A stretch of 42,085 nt of DNA from Octopus bimaculoides (taxonomy: Eukaryota), in contig NC_068983.1 in assembly GCF_001194135.2 (NCBI RefSeq), positions 13,008,248 to 13,050,332 of the forward strand, given 5' to 3'. Positions 22,678 through 33,997 of this stretch are shown one piece after another. Under the pieces are notes generated by a model. That model searched no databases and was not told where the DNA came from. It was given only the letters and a program-made list of their open reading frames with translations. A program made the position numbers and the translations under genes. The stretch's first letter is position 1. The number at the start of each line of letters is the position of its first letter.

Positions 22678-22982
22678 AGAAATTAAAGAAGGAAAATTCA
22701 CGCACCTTACATAGTTTTCATATTATTTTTAATATATATTTTATTGCGTTTGCGACCTGTTTCGCTTTCGCTATCTATTCATGACAATACAAGTTACTGA
22801 AATTCGTATTTTCTTAAGAAGAAACACCATGGACAAAAAATTCGTCTTAAGAAAATGCGAATTGAATTGAATTTTAATGCCATGAATATCGAAAGCAAAA
22901 CCGTTCAGAAACACAATACAAGATATATCAAAAATTATAATAAAATTATGTAAAATGTGTGCATTTTCCTTCTTTAATTTCT
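22678..22982. mobile_element. 305-bp fold-back MITE flanked by TA runs
   Basis: Perfect 20-bp TIR agaaattaaagaaggaaaat (22678-22697 / 22963-22982); imperfect arms extend ~100 bp; inner 19-bp inverted repeat at 22801-22819 / 22845-22863 with 1 mismatch. Confidence 0.85.
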
Positions 22983-23954
22983 TATATATATATATATATN
23001 NNNNNNNNNNNNNNNNNNNNNNNNNNNNNNNNNNNNNNNNNNNNNNNNNNNNNNNNNNNNNNNNNNNNNNNNNNNNNNNNNNNNNNNNNNNNNNNNNNNN
23101 NNNNNNNNNNNNNNNNNNNNNNNNNNNNNNNNNNNNNNNNNNNNNNNNNNNNNNNNNNNNNNNNNNNNNNNNNNNNNNNNNNNNNNNNNNNNNNNNNNNN
23201 NNNNNNNNNNNNNNNNNNNNNNNNNNNNNNNNNNNNNNNNNNNNNNNNNNNNNNNNNNNNNNNNNNNNNNNNNNNNNNNNNNNNNNNNNNNNNNNNNNNN
23301 NNNNNNNNNNNNNNNNNNNNNNNNNNNNNNNNNNNNNNNNNNNNNNNNNNNNNNNNNNNNNNNNNNNNNNNNNNNNNNNNNNNNNNNNNNNNNNNNNNNN
23401 NNNNNNNNNNNNNNNNNNNNNNNNNNNNNNNNNNNNNNNNNNNNNNNNNNNNNNNNNNNNNNNNNNNNNNNNNNNNNNNNNNNNNNNNNNNNNNNNNNNN
23501 NNNNNNNNNNNNNNNNNNNNNNNNNNNNNNNNNNNNNNNNNNNNNNNNNNNNNNNNNNNNNNNNNNNNNNNNNNNNNNNNNNNNNNNNNNNNNNNNNNNN
23601 NNNNNNNNNNNNNNNNNNNNNNNNNNNNNNNNNNNNNNNNNNTATATATATATATATATGCATGCATGCATATACAGATATACATTCAAGTTGAACTTTC
23701 TGTTTGTCTGGGGCCATTCAATTCCTCGGCTTCGCAATCTGAGTGAAATAGCATTTGTTGCTTATATTTTGGTGCGTTGTCCTCCATGCAGCAGAGACCC
23801 ATGTAAATGACATTAAAATATTACAAGTGATTAACACTGGATTGTTGAATTTTTTAATAGTTAAATGGAGAGAGATTTTCATTATATATTTCATACGTTG
23901 TATCTCTCAGTATATGCATAGTTAGAATTTTGATAGAAGCCATTTCTGCTTTAG

Positions 23955-24136
23955 ACTTAAGGGAATGGAAACAAGTCGATTACATCGAACGGATTGCATA
24001 ACTGGTACTTATTTGGTCACTATCGAAAGAGATGAACAGCAAAGTTGAAATCGGCGGAATTTGAACAATGAAAGTAAAGTCACAAGAAATGCTACGAAGG
24101 ATTCTCTCCTCATACGAACGATTCTACCAGTATGCC
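23955..24136 (-). mobile_element. Diverged SINE family B
   Basis: Reverse complement ctggtagaatcgttcg...ttcaaattccgccgatttcaactttgctgttcatctctttcg...aaataagtaccagtt...cgatgtaatcgacttg. Confidence 0.75.
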
Positions 24137-24772
24137 TTTCGAAATTGGGTGATCATTTCAAGACATATACAGGTGGATAATGTCTTTTTTTCGGAAATGT
24201 TATATGGGGTTGTAGATCTATGAGAGACTCCTACATAATTATGTCTATCTATATCAGCTTTATAAATAGCAAAGTACTAAAGATAAACCAACAAATAGAT
24301 ACAAGATTCAAGAAATGTTATCAAGGAATGGTATCGGGAAATGGTATCAGGAGCTAACCGTAAGGTATTATTTCAAGCAGTAATGATAAAGTTCACTCTT
24401 ATTACATATTGACCATGATATCTTAGAGCTGAACTGAAGATGGACAACAATGCATCGCTCCTATCATTTCAGAATTTCAAACATTAATTTATCACATTAA
24501 GCTCAGCATAGAAAACGAATAAAAAAAATGTGATAGAAAATGTAAATGATATCTATCTATGAATCTATATATATATATATATATATATATATGAATATAT
24601 ATAAAATTCAAATTACGATGGACGTAAACAAACAAACGAAGTTTGCTTTTAGAAGCGTTGAGATGTCTTAGAAAGTTAAAGAAGTGATTTTAAATTCTAA
24701 AACGCAGGATAATGCTAATAATATATCCTGAACAAGATAAGCCACCCCTATTTTGCAGAAAAAGGTGTAGGC

Positions 24773-24848
24773 GGCTAGCTATGAGACTCGAACTCACACC
24801 TCCGTGATTACGCGTCGCGGTGCTCTAGACCGATTAAGCGAAACTGCC
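24773..24848 (-). pseudogene. tRNA-Thr(CGT)-like pseudogene or tRNA-derived repeat
   Basis: ggcagtttcgcttaatcggtctagagcaccgcga-cgCGTaa-tcacggaggtgtgagttcgagtctcatagctagcc: D stem gct/agc, T arm gtgag-ttcgagt-ctcat. Position 33 is G instead of U and stems are mismatched. A T5 run lies 10 nt downstream (24763-24759). Confidence 0.7.
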
Positions 24849-25512
24849 CCACATATATNNNNNNNNNNNNNNNNNNNNNNNNNNNNNNNNNNNNNNNNNN
24901 NNNNNNNNNNNNNNNNNNNNNNNNNNNNNNNNNNNNNNNNNNNNNNNNNNNNNNNNNNNNNNNNNNNNNNNNNNNNNNNNNNNNNNNNNNNNNNNNNNNN
25001 NNNNNNNNNNNNNNNNNNNNNNNNNNNNNNNNNNNNNNNNNNNNNNNNNNNNNNNNNNNNNNNNNNNNNNNNNNNNNNNNNNNNNNNNNNNNNNNNNNNN
25101 NNNNNNNNNNNNNNNNNNNNNNNNNNNNNNNNNNNNNNNNNNNNNNNNNNNNNNNNNNNNNNNNNNNNNNNNNNNNNNNNNNNNNNNNNNNNNNNNNNNN
25201 NNNNNNNNNNNNNNNNNNNNNNNNNNNNNNNNNNNNNNNNNNNNNNNNNNNNNNNNNNNNNNNNNNNNNNNNNNNNNNNNNNNNNNNNNNNNNNNNNNNN
25301 NNNNNNNNNNNNNNNNNNNNNNNNNNNNNNNNNNNNNNNNNNNNNNNNNNNNNNNNNNNNNNNNNNNNNNNNNNNNNNNNNNNNNNNNNNNNNNNNNNNN
25401 NNNNNNNNNNNNNNNNNNNNNNNNNNNNNNNNNNNNNNNNNNNNNNNNNNNNNNNNNNNNNNNNNNNNNNNNNNNNNNNNNNNNNNNNNNNNNNNNNNNN
25501 NNNNNNNNNNNN

Positions 25513-25606
25513 TGGCAAATTGGGGTGTGGGTTTTTTACTAAAGCCTCGGGCCGACCAAACCTTTGTCAGTGGATTTGGTAAACAGAAACTGAATGAAGC
25601 CCGTCC
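25513..25606 (+). mobile_element. 5' half of SINE family A emerging from a gap, followed by (TA)n(TG)n
   Basis: aaagcctcgggccgaccaaacctttgtcagtggatttggtaaacagaaactgaatgaagcccgtcc-tatata matches the reverse complement of 2091-2180. Confidence 0.8.
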
Positions 25607-25615
25607 TATATATAA

Positions 25616-25653
<38 letters not shown>

Positions 25654-25843
25654 TTGCGTGTGTGTGTGTATGTATGTATGTGTGTGTGTGTGTCTGCGTG
25701 TGTAGGTGTGTGTTTACGTATCAGTGATTGTTTCAAACAGTAGGTTTGTACATGATGATGACCTACATAGTGAGAAACAGACGTGGTGGCAATTTTTAAA
25801 TATGTATTTATACACGCGCATACACACACAGAGACCAAACGCC

Positions 25844-25880
<37 letters not shown>

Positions 25881-25975
25881 ACGCATATATCCATACATAA
25901 TAAACATTATACGTATGAATATGTTATTGTACGTATGCATGAGCGTATGAGTATGTGTGATGTATTTCTGATCAA

Positions 25976-26037
<62 letters not shown>

Positions 26038-26735
26038 ATATATATCCATAATCTTTGAGAGTGTGTATGGATGTGTTTTCGATACAATTTTCTTGCCTAA
26101 TTTCCAATTTCCGTTAAATTTATTTCGTTTGTTTACGAAGCCTTGTTTTGCGCTAACCTATTTTGATACTTGTCATTTATATTTTTCTTCTAGTTTAATT
26201 ATATTTTAATACTTCCCTTCTTCATTCATACACATCTATTCGAAATATGTTTTATTAATCTCTAAGGGAGTGCATTCCATTCTTTTCACTTGCGCACTCT
26301 TTTCAATTTCTCTATTTTCTCCGCTTTTTCAATCTCTTTTTCACCGACAAATCGTTTTCATGTACTTTTTTTTCTTGTGAAATAAATCATTTATTTTCCA
26401 ATTTTCTTCTCCATTTTTACCTTTTTATCTACTATACATTTGGTTTTTCGTTCGTTTGTTTTACCTAAGATACACACACACATACATGCACACACACACA
26501 CACACACACCCACACGCATACATATACATATATGCATATATATATATATATACACATATATATATATATGCATTTTTGTATATGTATACGTGTATGTGTG
26601 TGTGTGTGTGTGCATGTATGTGTGTATGTGTATGTATATATATATATATATACATACACACATATATACACATACACACATATATACACACACATATTCA
26701 TACATATATACACACATACATATATATTTACATAT

Positions 26736-26766
<31 letters not shown>

Positions 26767-27720
26767 NNNNNNNNNNNNNNNNNNNNNNNNNNNNNNNNNN
26801 NNNNNNNNNNNNNNNNNNNNNNNNNNNNNNNNNNNNNNNNNNNNNNNNNNNNNNNNNNNNNNNNNNNNNNNNNNNNNNNNNNNNNNNNNNNNNNNNNNNN
26901 NNNNNNNNNNNNNNNNNNNNNNNNNNNNNNNNNNNNNNNNNNNNNNNNNNNNNNNNNNNNNNNNNNNNNNNNNNNNNNNNNNNNNNNNNNNNNNNNNNNN
27001 NNNNNNNNNNNNNNNNNNNNNNNNNNNNNNNNNNNNNNNNNNNNNNNNNNNNNNNNNNNNNNNNNNNNNNNNNNNNNNNNNNNNNNNNNNNNNNNNNNNN
27101 NNNNNNNNNNNNNNNNNNNNNNNNNNNNNNNNNNNNNNNNNNNNNNNNNNNNNNNNNNNNNNNNNNNNNNNNNNNNNNNNNNNNNNNNNNNNNNNNNNNN
27201 NNNNNNNNNATATATATATATATATATATATATATTTCTCGTACGTACTGTTACGCCACATATTCAAAGTTCAGGCGAAAAGAAATAACATCACAAATGA
27301 TGCATTAATACAAGTTATAACCTTGAAAGTAAGTTTTTCGTCAATTTGCATTTGTTTTTTTTTTCTATTTTCTTTTTTTTTTCTTACATTAATACAAGTT
27401 CCCAATACCATTGAGGAAGCCTCAAACTATGAATATGTTATCATATGAATTCTAGCAAGTGTATTGTAGGAAATGTTTGGTATTTTTTTTTGTAGTAATT
27501 CTAATTTGTTTGAATAGAAATTGCATTGTCCTTAGACAAAACTGCATTCGTTTATATCGTTATAGATTTGTGTGTGTGTTTACGTGCCTGTAAGCATGTG
27601 TATTTATATGTCTGTGTGTTTAAGATTGTTGTTTATGGGAATTTAGCTAAATCTAAACATATATATTTATTTTAGTAACTTCTGTCTTTCTTTGTTTTTT
27701 TCTTGTTTATTTTCTTCCAG

Positions 27721-27745
27721 AAAATGGAAATTTCATGTCAGAGAT
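27721..27745 (+). other. Candidate 25-nt micro-exon
   Basis: ~40-nt polypyrimidine tract ending ttcttccag, branch-like gtaac at 27675-27679, donor gtgagt at 27746; all three frames are open. Confidence 0.35.
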
Positions 27746-27859
27746 GTGAGTTTTTTAAGTTATAAATATGTTCGTGTGAATTCCCTCAGGTTCAATATTT
27801 AAATTGGAAATTGTTATGAAAACAAACAAACAATAATTTCAACCTTACCTAATGCTATG

Positions 27860-28480
27860 CAATCATATTATATTATAGGCGAAAGGATATTTTCGATAAA
27901 ATACTTTTTCAGTTTTGCTTGTTATGCAAGGTGAAACATACTGGAGCTGGTGTTCATAAGTGAAGAGTCTACTGTTTGGAGTCACACAAAAGTTGTTCGA
28001 TACTAAGTAATTTCCCTTCCGCCTCTGGAACCTGCGTGTCTTAACCGGTGTCCTCTTGGTATAACGATTCAAACAAAATCTGTTTTAATACTATGTGATA
28101 TCCTTGATATCCTGGTAAGCACTTACACTGCAGTAATCCGTATTTTACTGTGTCTTTCTAACTTTCAATCACCAATGGTGTGTATTTTTTTGGAAATGGT
28201 TGCCTTATAAACACGTGATTTTGTATCCGATTTCACAACAAATTACATTAGTCCAATGTATTCTATCATGACCATATTTAAATGAAAGGATCTGAATGAA
28301 ATTTCATTGCCAGAACCTCTGTAGAAAACAGATAGCCGGTTAATATTCTTTTTAACTTATCACGAGTTTTAGCATCACCACTAAATTGCTGGTTTCCCTT
28401 TGCGCTCTTTATTCTGTCGCAAGTATTCAATCTGGGTCTCAATCGTGTGGTAAACTTACTTTCATTTCCCCCTCTAATCT
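27860..28480 (-). mobile_element. Decayed CR1-type RT C-terminal remnant
   Basis: Minus-strand fragments in the expected order: FSGDAK (cf. FADDTK), MKFHSDPF (cf. MKFNxxKF), DYCS, RYTKR, FQRRK..Y (cf. LQRRRERY); many stops and frameshifts. Confidence 0.45.
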
Positions 28481-28933
28481 CTCAGGGCCTTTGATGGATT
28501 CTGCCCTACTATGACTAAATGGTGAAGAATATTACATCATGTTATAATATAAACAAAATTAATGGAAAGGNNNNNNNNNNNNNNNNNNNNNNNNNNNNNN
28601 NNNNNNNNNNNNNNNNNNNNNNNNNNNNNNNNNNNNNNNNNNNNNNNNNNNNNNNNNNNNNNNNNNNNNNNNNNNNNNNNNNNNNNNNNNNNNNNNNNNN
28701 NNNNNNNNNNNNNNNNNNNNNNNNNNNNNNNNNNNNNNNNNNNNNNNNNNNNNNNNNNNNNNNNNNNNNNNNNNNNNNNNNNNNNNNNNNNNNNNNNNNN
28801 NNNNNNNNNNNNNNNNNNNNNNNNNNNNNNNNNNNNNNNNNNNNNNNNNNNNNNNNNNNNNNNNNNNNNNNNNNNNNNNNNNNNNNNNNNNNNNNNNNNN
28901 NNNNNNNNNNNNNNNNNNNNNNNNNNNNNNNNN

Positions 28934-28980
<47 letters not shown>

Positions 28981-29916
28981 TATATATGTAAATATATTTA
29001 GCTATATATGTATATATATGTGTGTATCTATATGTATATATACGCACACAAAAAATACACATATGTATGTATATATGTGTAAATATATACGAATTATATT
29101 ATGTGGTATTATGTGGTATTATGTGAGAATGAAAGCCTTTGTGTGTGTGTGCGTGTGTGAATTCTGTCACGTGATGCATGTAGCCGACCATTAATGATTT
29201 TCTACATGTTAGAACAAGTCCACACATTTCAGAAATATGGAGAATTATACTGACTGAAAATTAACTCCCCTTCTCTAAAATCTCCATAGTTTCAAAGATA
29301 AAAAAAAAATAGAGGCTTTTCTTATCTTGCTATGTGGAAATTGTAAAAAGAAGTGCTATAAAGATTTGAATAAGAAGAAATCTTTGTTGGAAACATACTG
29401 ATATCAAGCACAACCTGTAAGTTAATCGGGCAAATAATACGTGATCTGGTATGATATGTAGCGATTTCATTTTTAATATATACAGTATGAAAGACGATTT
29501 GTACTAAAGAAATCAATTGCAGCAAGGGCTTAAATCTTAGAAGTGAGTCAATGGCATTCGAAATCTTGATAGAATTAATGTCTTTGAAGATATTTACTGG
29601 TTCTTTAATCTATATGCAAGAAATGCTGAAAGAAATGTGCATGGGAAAATGTCACTGAAGAAAGAAATCTGCAAGCAGAATATTTATGCACAAGCATAAG
29701 TGCACACACTCGCACAGTCACGCAGGAAAAACACATGCACTTGTACAGATATATGCATATATGTGTATGTAATCATATGTTCCTGTATGTCTATATGTTT
29801 CGTATATGCTTCAAGCATATTCGAACTCGTAAGAGAGTCATTCACTATATTTTGTTACGGAGAATAATTTTCCATAACCCTGGCACGGGACAGAGGTCTC
29901 GGGTATGCTATTCCTG

Positions 29917-29956
<40 letters not shown>

Positions 29957-30341
29957 TATATATATATATATATTACGGAGATGCACTTGCATAGCAAGTC
30001 ACCTGATCTGAGATCGTGTGCTGGAACGAAAACAATTGCAGCGTGGAAGGTGTTTATNNNNNNNNNNNNNNNNNNNNNNNNNNNNNNNNNNNNNNNNNNN
30101 NNNNNNNNNNNNNNNNNNNNNNNNNNNNNNNNNNNNNNNNNNNNNNNNNNNNNNNNNNNNNNNNNNNNNNNNNNNNNNNNNNNNNNNNNNNNNNNNNNNN
30201 NNNNNNNNNNNNNNNNNNNNNNNNNNNNNNNNNNNNNNNNNNNNNNNNNNNNNNNNNNNNNNNNNNNNNNNNNNNNNNNNNNNNNNNNNNNNNNNNNNNN
30301 NNNNNNNNNNNNNNNNNNNNNNNNNNNNNNNNNNNNNNNNN

Positions 30342-30384
<43 letters not shown>

Positions 30385-30520
30385 GCGTACAACTACACAC
30401 ATACACATATATGGAATAAGCTATAGATATAGTTTTGTGTGTGCGTGTGAACTTAGGCGTATATGTATATATATATATATATATATCTTCACAGATAAAC
30501 ACGCACATACATAAATATAT

Positions 30521-30960
30521 ATTCATTTATTCTTTTATTTTATTTATTCGTTTCAGCCACGCTGATGCGGTCCGGCTGGAGCGCCACCGTGTTTACGCTG
30601 GTTTCCTCAGTTTGGGGCGTTTTCACATCACCACTCCGGTATGTGCCTTTGTCCTTGCTAATGACCAATTTGGTGTTTAAGGGAATTTCTTTCCGCTGCT
30701 TAGGCCTCATTTCTATATTGTCGGGCCATCGGTTCATCCAGTATTGTGGAGAGAAGGATGTCCAGTCCTTTTTTGAAGACATATAATCCCCGCTATGCAG
30801 ATTTCTTATTTTTTGTGGCAGGGCGTTGAAGAGCTGTCGGCCTTTGTACCTTAAGCTACTGCAGTACCTGGTCCTAAAGGTATATATTACCTTTGGTGCA
30901 ATACAATGGCGTCCAGCACTGACATTGTATAACACTCAATGACGAAATTAGATACTAGCC
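30521..30960 (-). mobile_element. 3' end of a CR1-superfamily LINE with 3' UTR and (AATAAAAG)-type tail
   Basis: ORF 30540-30935: GRHCIAPK...FRTRYCSSLRYKGRQLFNALPQKIRNLH (cf. GPxLFNxLP); tail ...ctgaaacgaataaataaaataaaagaat. Confidence 0.75.
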
Positions 30961-31297
30961 CCCTCTAGAGTTTCACATACGTAGATCATTATATATATGT
31001 TGGGCCTTCACACCAGGGAGTAAAGATGCAGTTTTTCAGCCTCTCCCTGAAGCTTATCTACTGCACAGTTTCAGTCTTTTTAGTGTAGTGGCGTTGGACT
31101 GTTTGAAGCTCTGCTGTTAGTTTGACATCGAATATATATATACTTTCAACTACGCTCAGTATCTGTCCATATAACTATCGAGCTACCGACACACACAGAC
31201 GCACACACACAAGCAGACGCACACATATATATACATCTATGTATCTATCTGTCTGTCTGTCTGTCTGCCTGTCAGTCTGTCAGTCTCTCTCTCTGTG

Positions 31298-31364
<67 letters not shown>

Positions 31365-31366
<2 letters not shown>

Positions 31367-31464
31367 GAGAATGTACTAAAAAAAACAACAACAGACGAGG
31401 ACAGGTGGTGTAAACAATAAAAGGATGTATTAGTTTGACGCTCGGGAATGCAGAAAGTCTTTAA
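31365..31464 (-). mobile_element. Second copy of the 14662-14823 element, cut by an N-gap, abutting (TA)n
   Basis: Reverse complement ttaaagactttc...cgagcgtcaaactaatacatc...tacaccacctgtcctcgtc...ttctccc-atatat aligns with 14724-14823. Confidence 0.8.
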
Positions 31465-31934
31465 NNNNNNNNNNNNNNNNNNNNNNNNNNNNNNNNNNNN
31501 NNNNNNNNNNNNNNNNNNNNNNNNNNNNNNNNNNNNNNNNNNNNNNNNNNNNNNNNNNNNNNNNNNNNNNNNNNNNNNNNNNNNNNNNNNNNNNNNNNNN
31601 NNNNNNNNNNNNNNNNNNNNNNNNNNNNNNNNNNNNNNNNNNNNNNNNNNNNNNNNNNNNNNNNNNNNNNNNNNNNTATATATATATATATTTATATAGA
31701 TAGATAGACAGATAGATGACTTAATTTTCAGCCACCAGAATTGTGCAATCCATTTACTGACTGAGCATTTAATAATGACGTGCATGATTAAAGCACTACT
31801 TTTAAATAAACAGCCTAGCGCATGAATGATAAAGAGCAGATGTATGATAAAGCTTTACCTCTTAACTAAAGATAAAATCATTCCGGTCTATTTCTATATG
31901 GTAATGATAGTTTCGCGGAAATATTTCTACTCTC

Positions 31935-32048
31935 ATGTTAGAAGCCGAAACAGGCTATTGAAAACAAAAGCACTTGAAAACAAGTACCACAGTGGAATCT
32001 GTTTATGTATACTTCGTTGTAAAGCGAACTTCTGAACCATTCGGCTAC
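31935..32048 (-). mobile_element. Degenerate SINE family A head
   Basis: Reverse complement gtagccgaatggttcagaagttcgctt...gattccactgtggtacttg..caagtg...atagcc resembles the head at 2265-2170. Confidence 0.45.
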
Positions 32049-32077
32049 GTATACATACATACATACATACATACATA

Positions 32078-33945
32078 CAAATGTGACAACCGATGCGGAG
32101 TCAGTGGGCGTTAATACCGAAGGGATCACCCACATCATAAGCAGTTGTCCGAAAATATCAGCATGGTGTTATCTACCGATGAGACATGATATATCTAGGG
32201 CATTGCATGAAGATCTCTAAAGAATGACCCCCTCAAGCACAAAGAAATAAGAACCCACAGTGTGGCGGAAGCTATAAACACTCATAATAAGGAATACTGG
32301 TCGAATGTCCTAGTAAAACCTCTATAAAATGAATGCACAATAGACCTGATATAATGATTTGAGACGGAGAAGAAAAACTGAAGAAAAATTCCTCTCATCC
32401 CTTTATTATACATACGTACATTCTAACGTAGCAGATAACAGCTAGCCTTTGACTGCTATTTGGACCCCGTTGTGTCCACTACTCTGATTGGTTGGTATTG
32501 GCGCAATTTGTCTCTTACTCCGTCTCGCCAATATGCAGCGTATAACCAATCGGAGTCCCTAAGTAAGATCACGTGAGAAAGCCTGTTCTCAACCCCGGCT
32601 GAACCTATTGTATCGTTATGAAAACTTACCTTTTTTCCTCGTCTCGGGGTATTTGGCTCCAGACCTTTTAAGATCTAGACACTGACCACCCAAGACACAG
32701 CCATTTCCAGCGACAACGCCGGACATCCCGTCCGTTAGCATTACGAGCTTCCGTCTTTGTCGGCACTATCTTCTTATCGACGTCAACAACATCTCTACGC
32801 ACTCAGCTCAACCAGCAACTAGCACAAGTTCCAGCATAGCACTGCTTGTGAATTACTTCACCATGGTTAACAGCGAATATACAACCTGCGAGAACTCCTG
32901 TACCAAGTAACCCCAGGCAGTATTATTACAGCCCCAACTTCGCACATGTACCGTAACTCCGGCTCGGCATCATCGCAGCAACTTCTTGATATAGTATTTC
33001 TTTTACCGTGTACACTACGTACTAACAACTAACTGGTATTTCTCATTCTTGTTTCAATGAATATTCGTCTAACTTCTCGTTATAGACTCTTTCACTGACT
33101 CTTCATTGTTATCCTTATATGTACTTACACACACGTATATACCCATGCTTATAAACACGTACACCGTGTTCTCATGAGGGCCTGTCTATTTTTCTGTATA
33201 ACTGACGCACACACAAGCACACAAGTTAACATATCAATAAAACTTCTCTCTTCAACATTCTATTCGGTTGTGTCTCTCTCTTGGTCTCACTGTCACATAT
33301 GTATTATTCCAGCCTTCTGAATGGAGTCGTTATTAGATGGTTTCACCACGCACCAGTACCCATCTATACTGTGTACTGTTGTGGAAATCAGCTGCCCAGC
33401 TGAAGATCAGTGAAAAAGAGAATACTTTCGTTAAACTATTGAGAAGTATGCAGGAACTTTATTCAGATTACAACTTCAGTTTTATACCTGTGATTATTGG
33501 AGCCCTGGTATATGTAGCACTTTGCTTAAATACAAATCTTGAGAAATTAGGCTTCTCAAACCAGAAAGGAGAAAGCTGATTCAAAGACTACACATAGAAG
33601 CCATCACGGGAACTGTAAAATATCTGTAAAACTTTCCAGGCGTTTATCATTTAAATATATCTGAGCATATCTAGATATATAACTCTATGCATGAGAATAC
33701 ATACATTATACATACATTCAAACATGTATATGCACGTGAAGACATGCATAAACACTAAACATACAACTTTGTACGTATATATACATCCATAAATACGTAC
33801 ATAGATGCATGAATGTATACATACCTACATACATACGCACATGAATACGCTGTGTTGATGCTGAAATTCCAAAGGAGCTTTGTATCTGGCTTGGAAGCCG
33901 GCTCTTTCTCTATTAGCAAGAAAACTTGAAATAAAGCTGAATAAT
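32078..33945 (+). mobile_element. 5'-truncated R4-like REL LINE (CCHC knuckle, RPD endonuclease, 3' UTR) flanked by ACAY repeats and split by a ~1-kb insertion
   Basis: KCDNRC../EGITHIISSCPK...LPMRHD; NRPDIMI*DGEEKL [insert] CTVVEISCPA/LKISEKENTF...FIPVIIGAL...LEKLGF; terminal aataaagctgaataat (33930-33945); (TACA)n at 32048-32078 and (CA)n/ACAT at 33946-33992. Confidence 0.8.
32381..33367. mobile_element. 987-bp unclassified insertion (possible solo LTR) with 4-bp actg direct repeats
   Basis: Removing it and one actg (32377-32380 / 33368-33371) restores gaagaaaaactgtgtactgttgtggaaatc (EEKLCTVVEI). Contains CCAAT motifs on both strands (~32487, ~32547) and AATAAA (~33237). Confidence 0.7.
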
Positions 33946-33951
33946 CACACA

Positions 33952-33997
<46 letters not shown>

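Noticed and set aside
24773-24848. Functional tRNA-Thr gene
   Set aside because: G at position 33, a mismatch in the anticodon stem and a broken acceptor stem; kept only as a pseudogene or repeat.
29230-29560. Possible L2/CR1 3' remnant on the minus strand (YHTRS...YSTSF...IAR)
   Set aside because: The similarity is too weak to assert without a profile search.
29976-30057. Fragment resembling a recurrent cephalopod repeat next to a gap
   Set aside because: Truncated by Ns, single copy here, and no diagnostic motif is visible.
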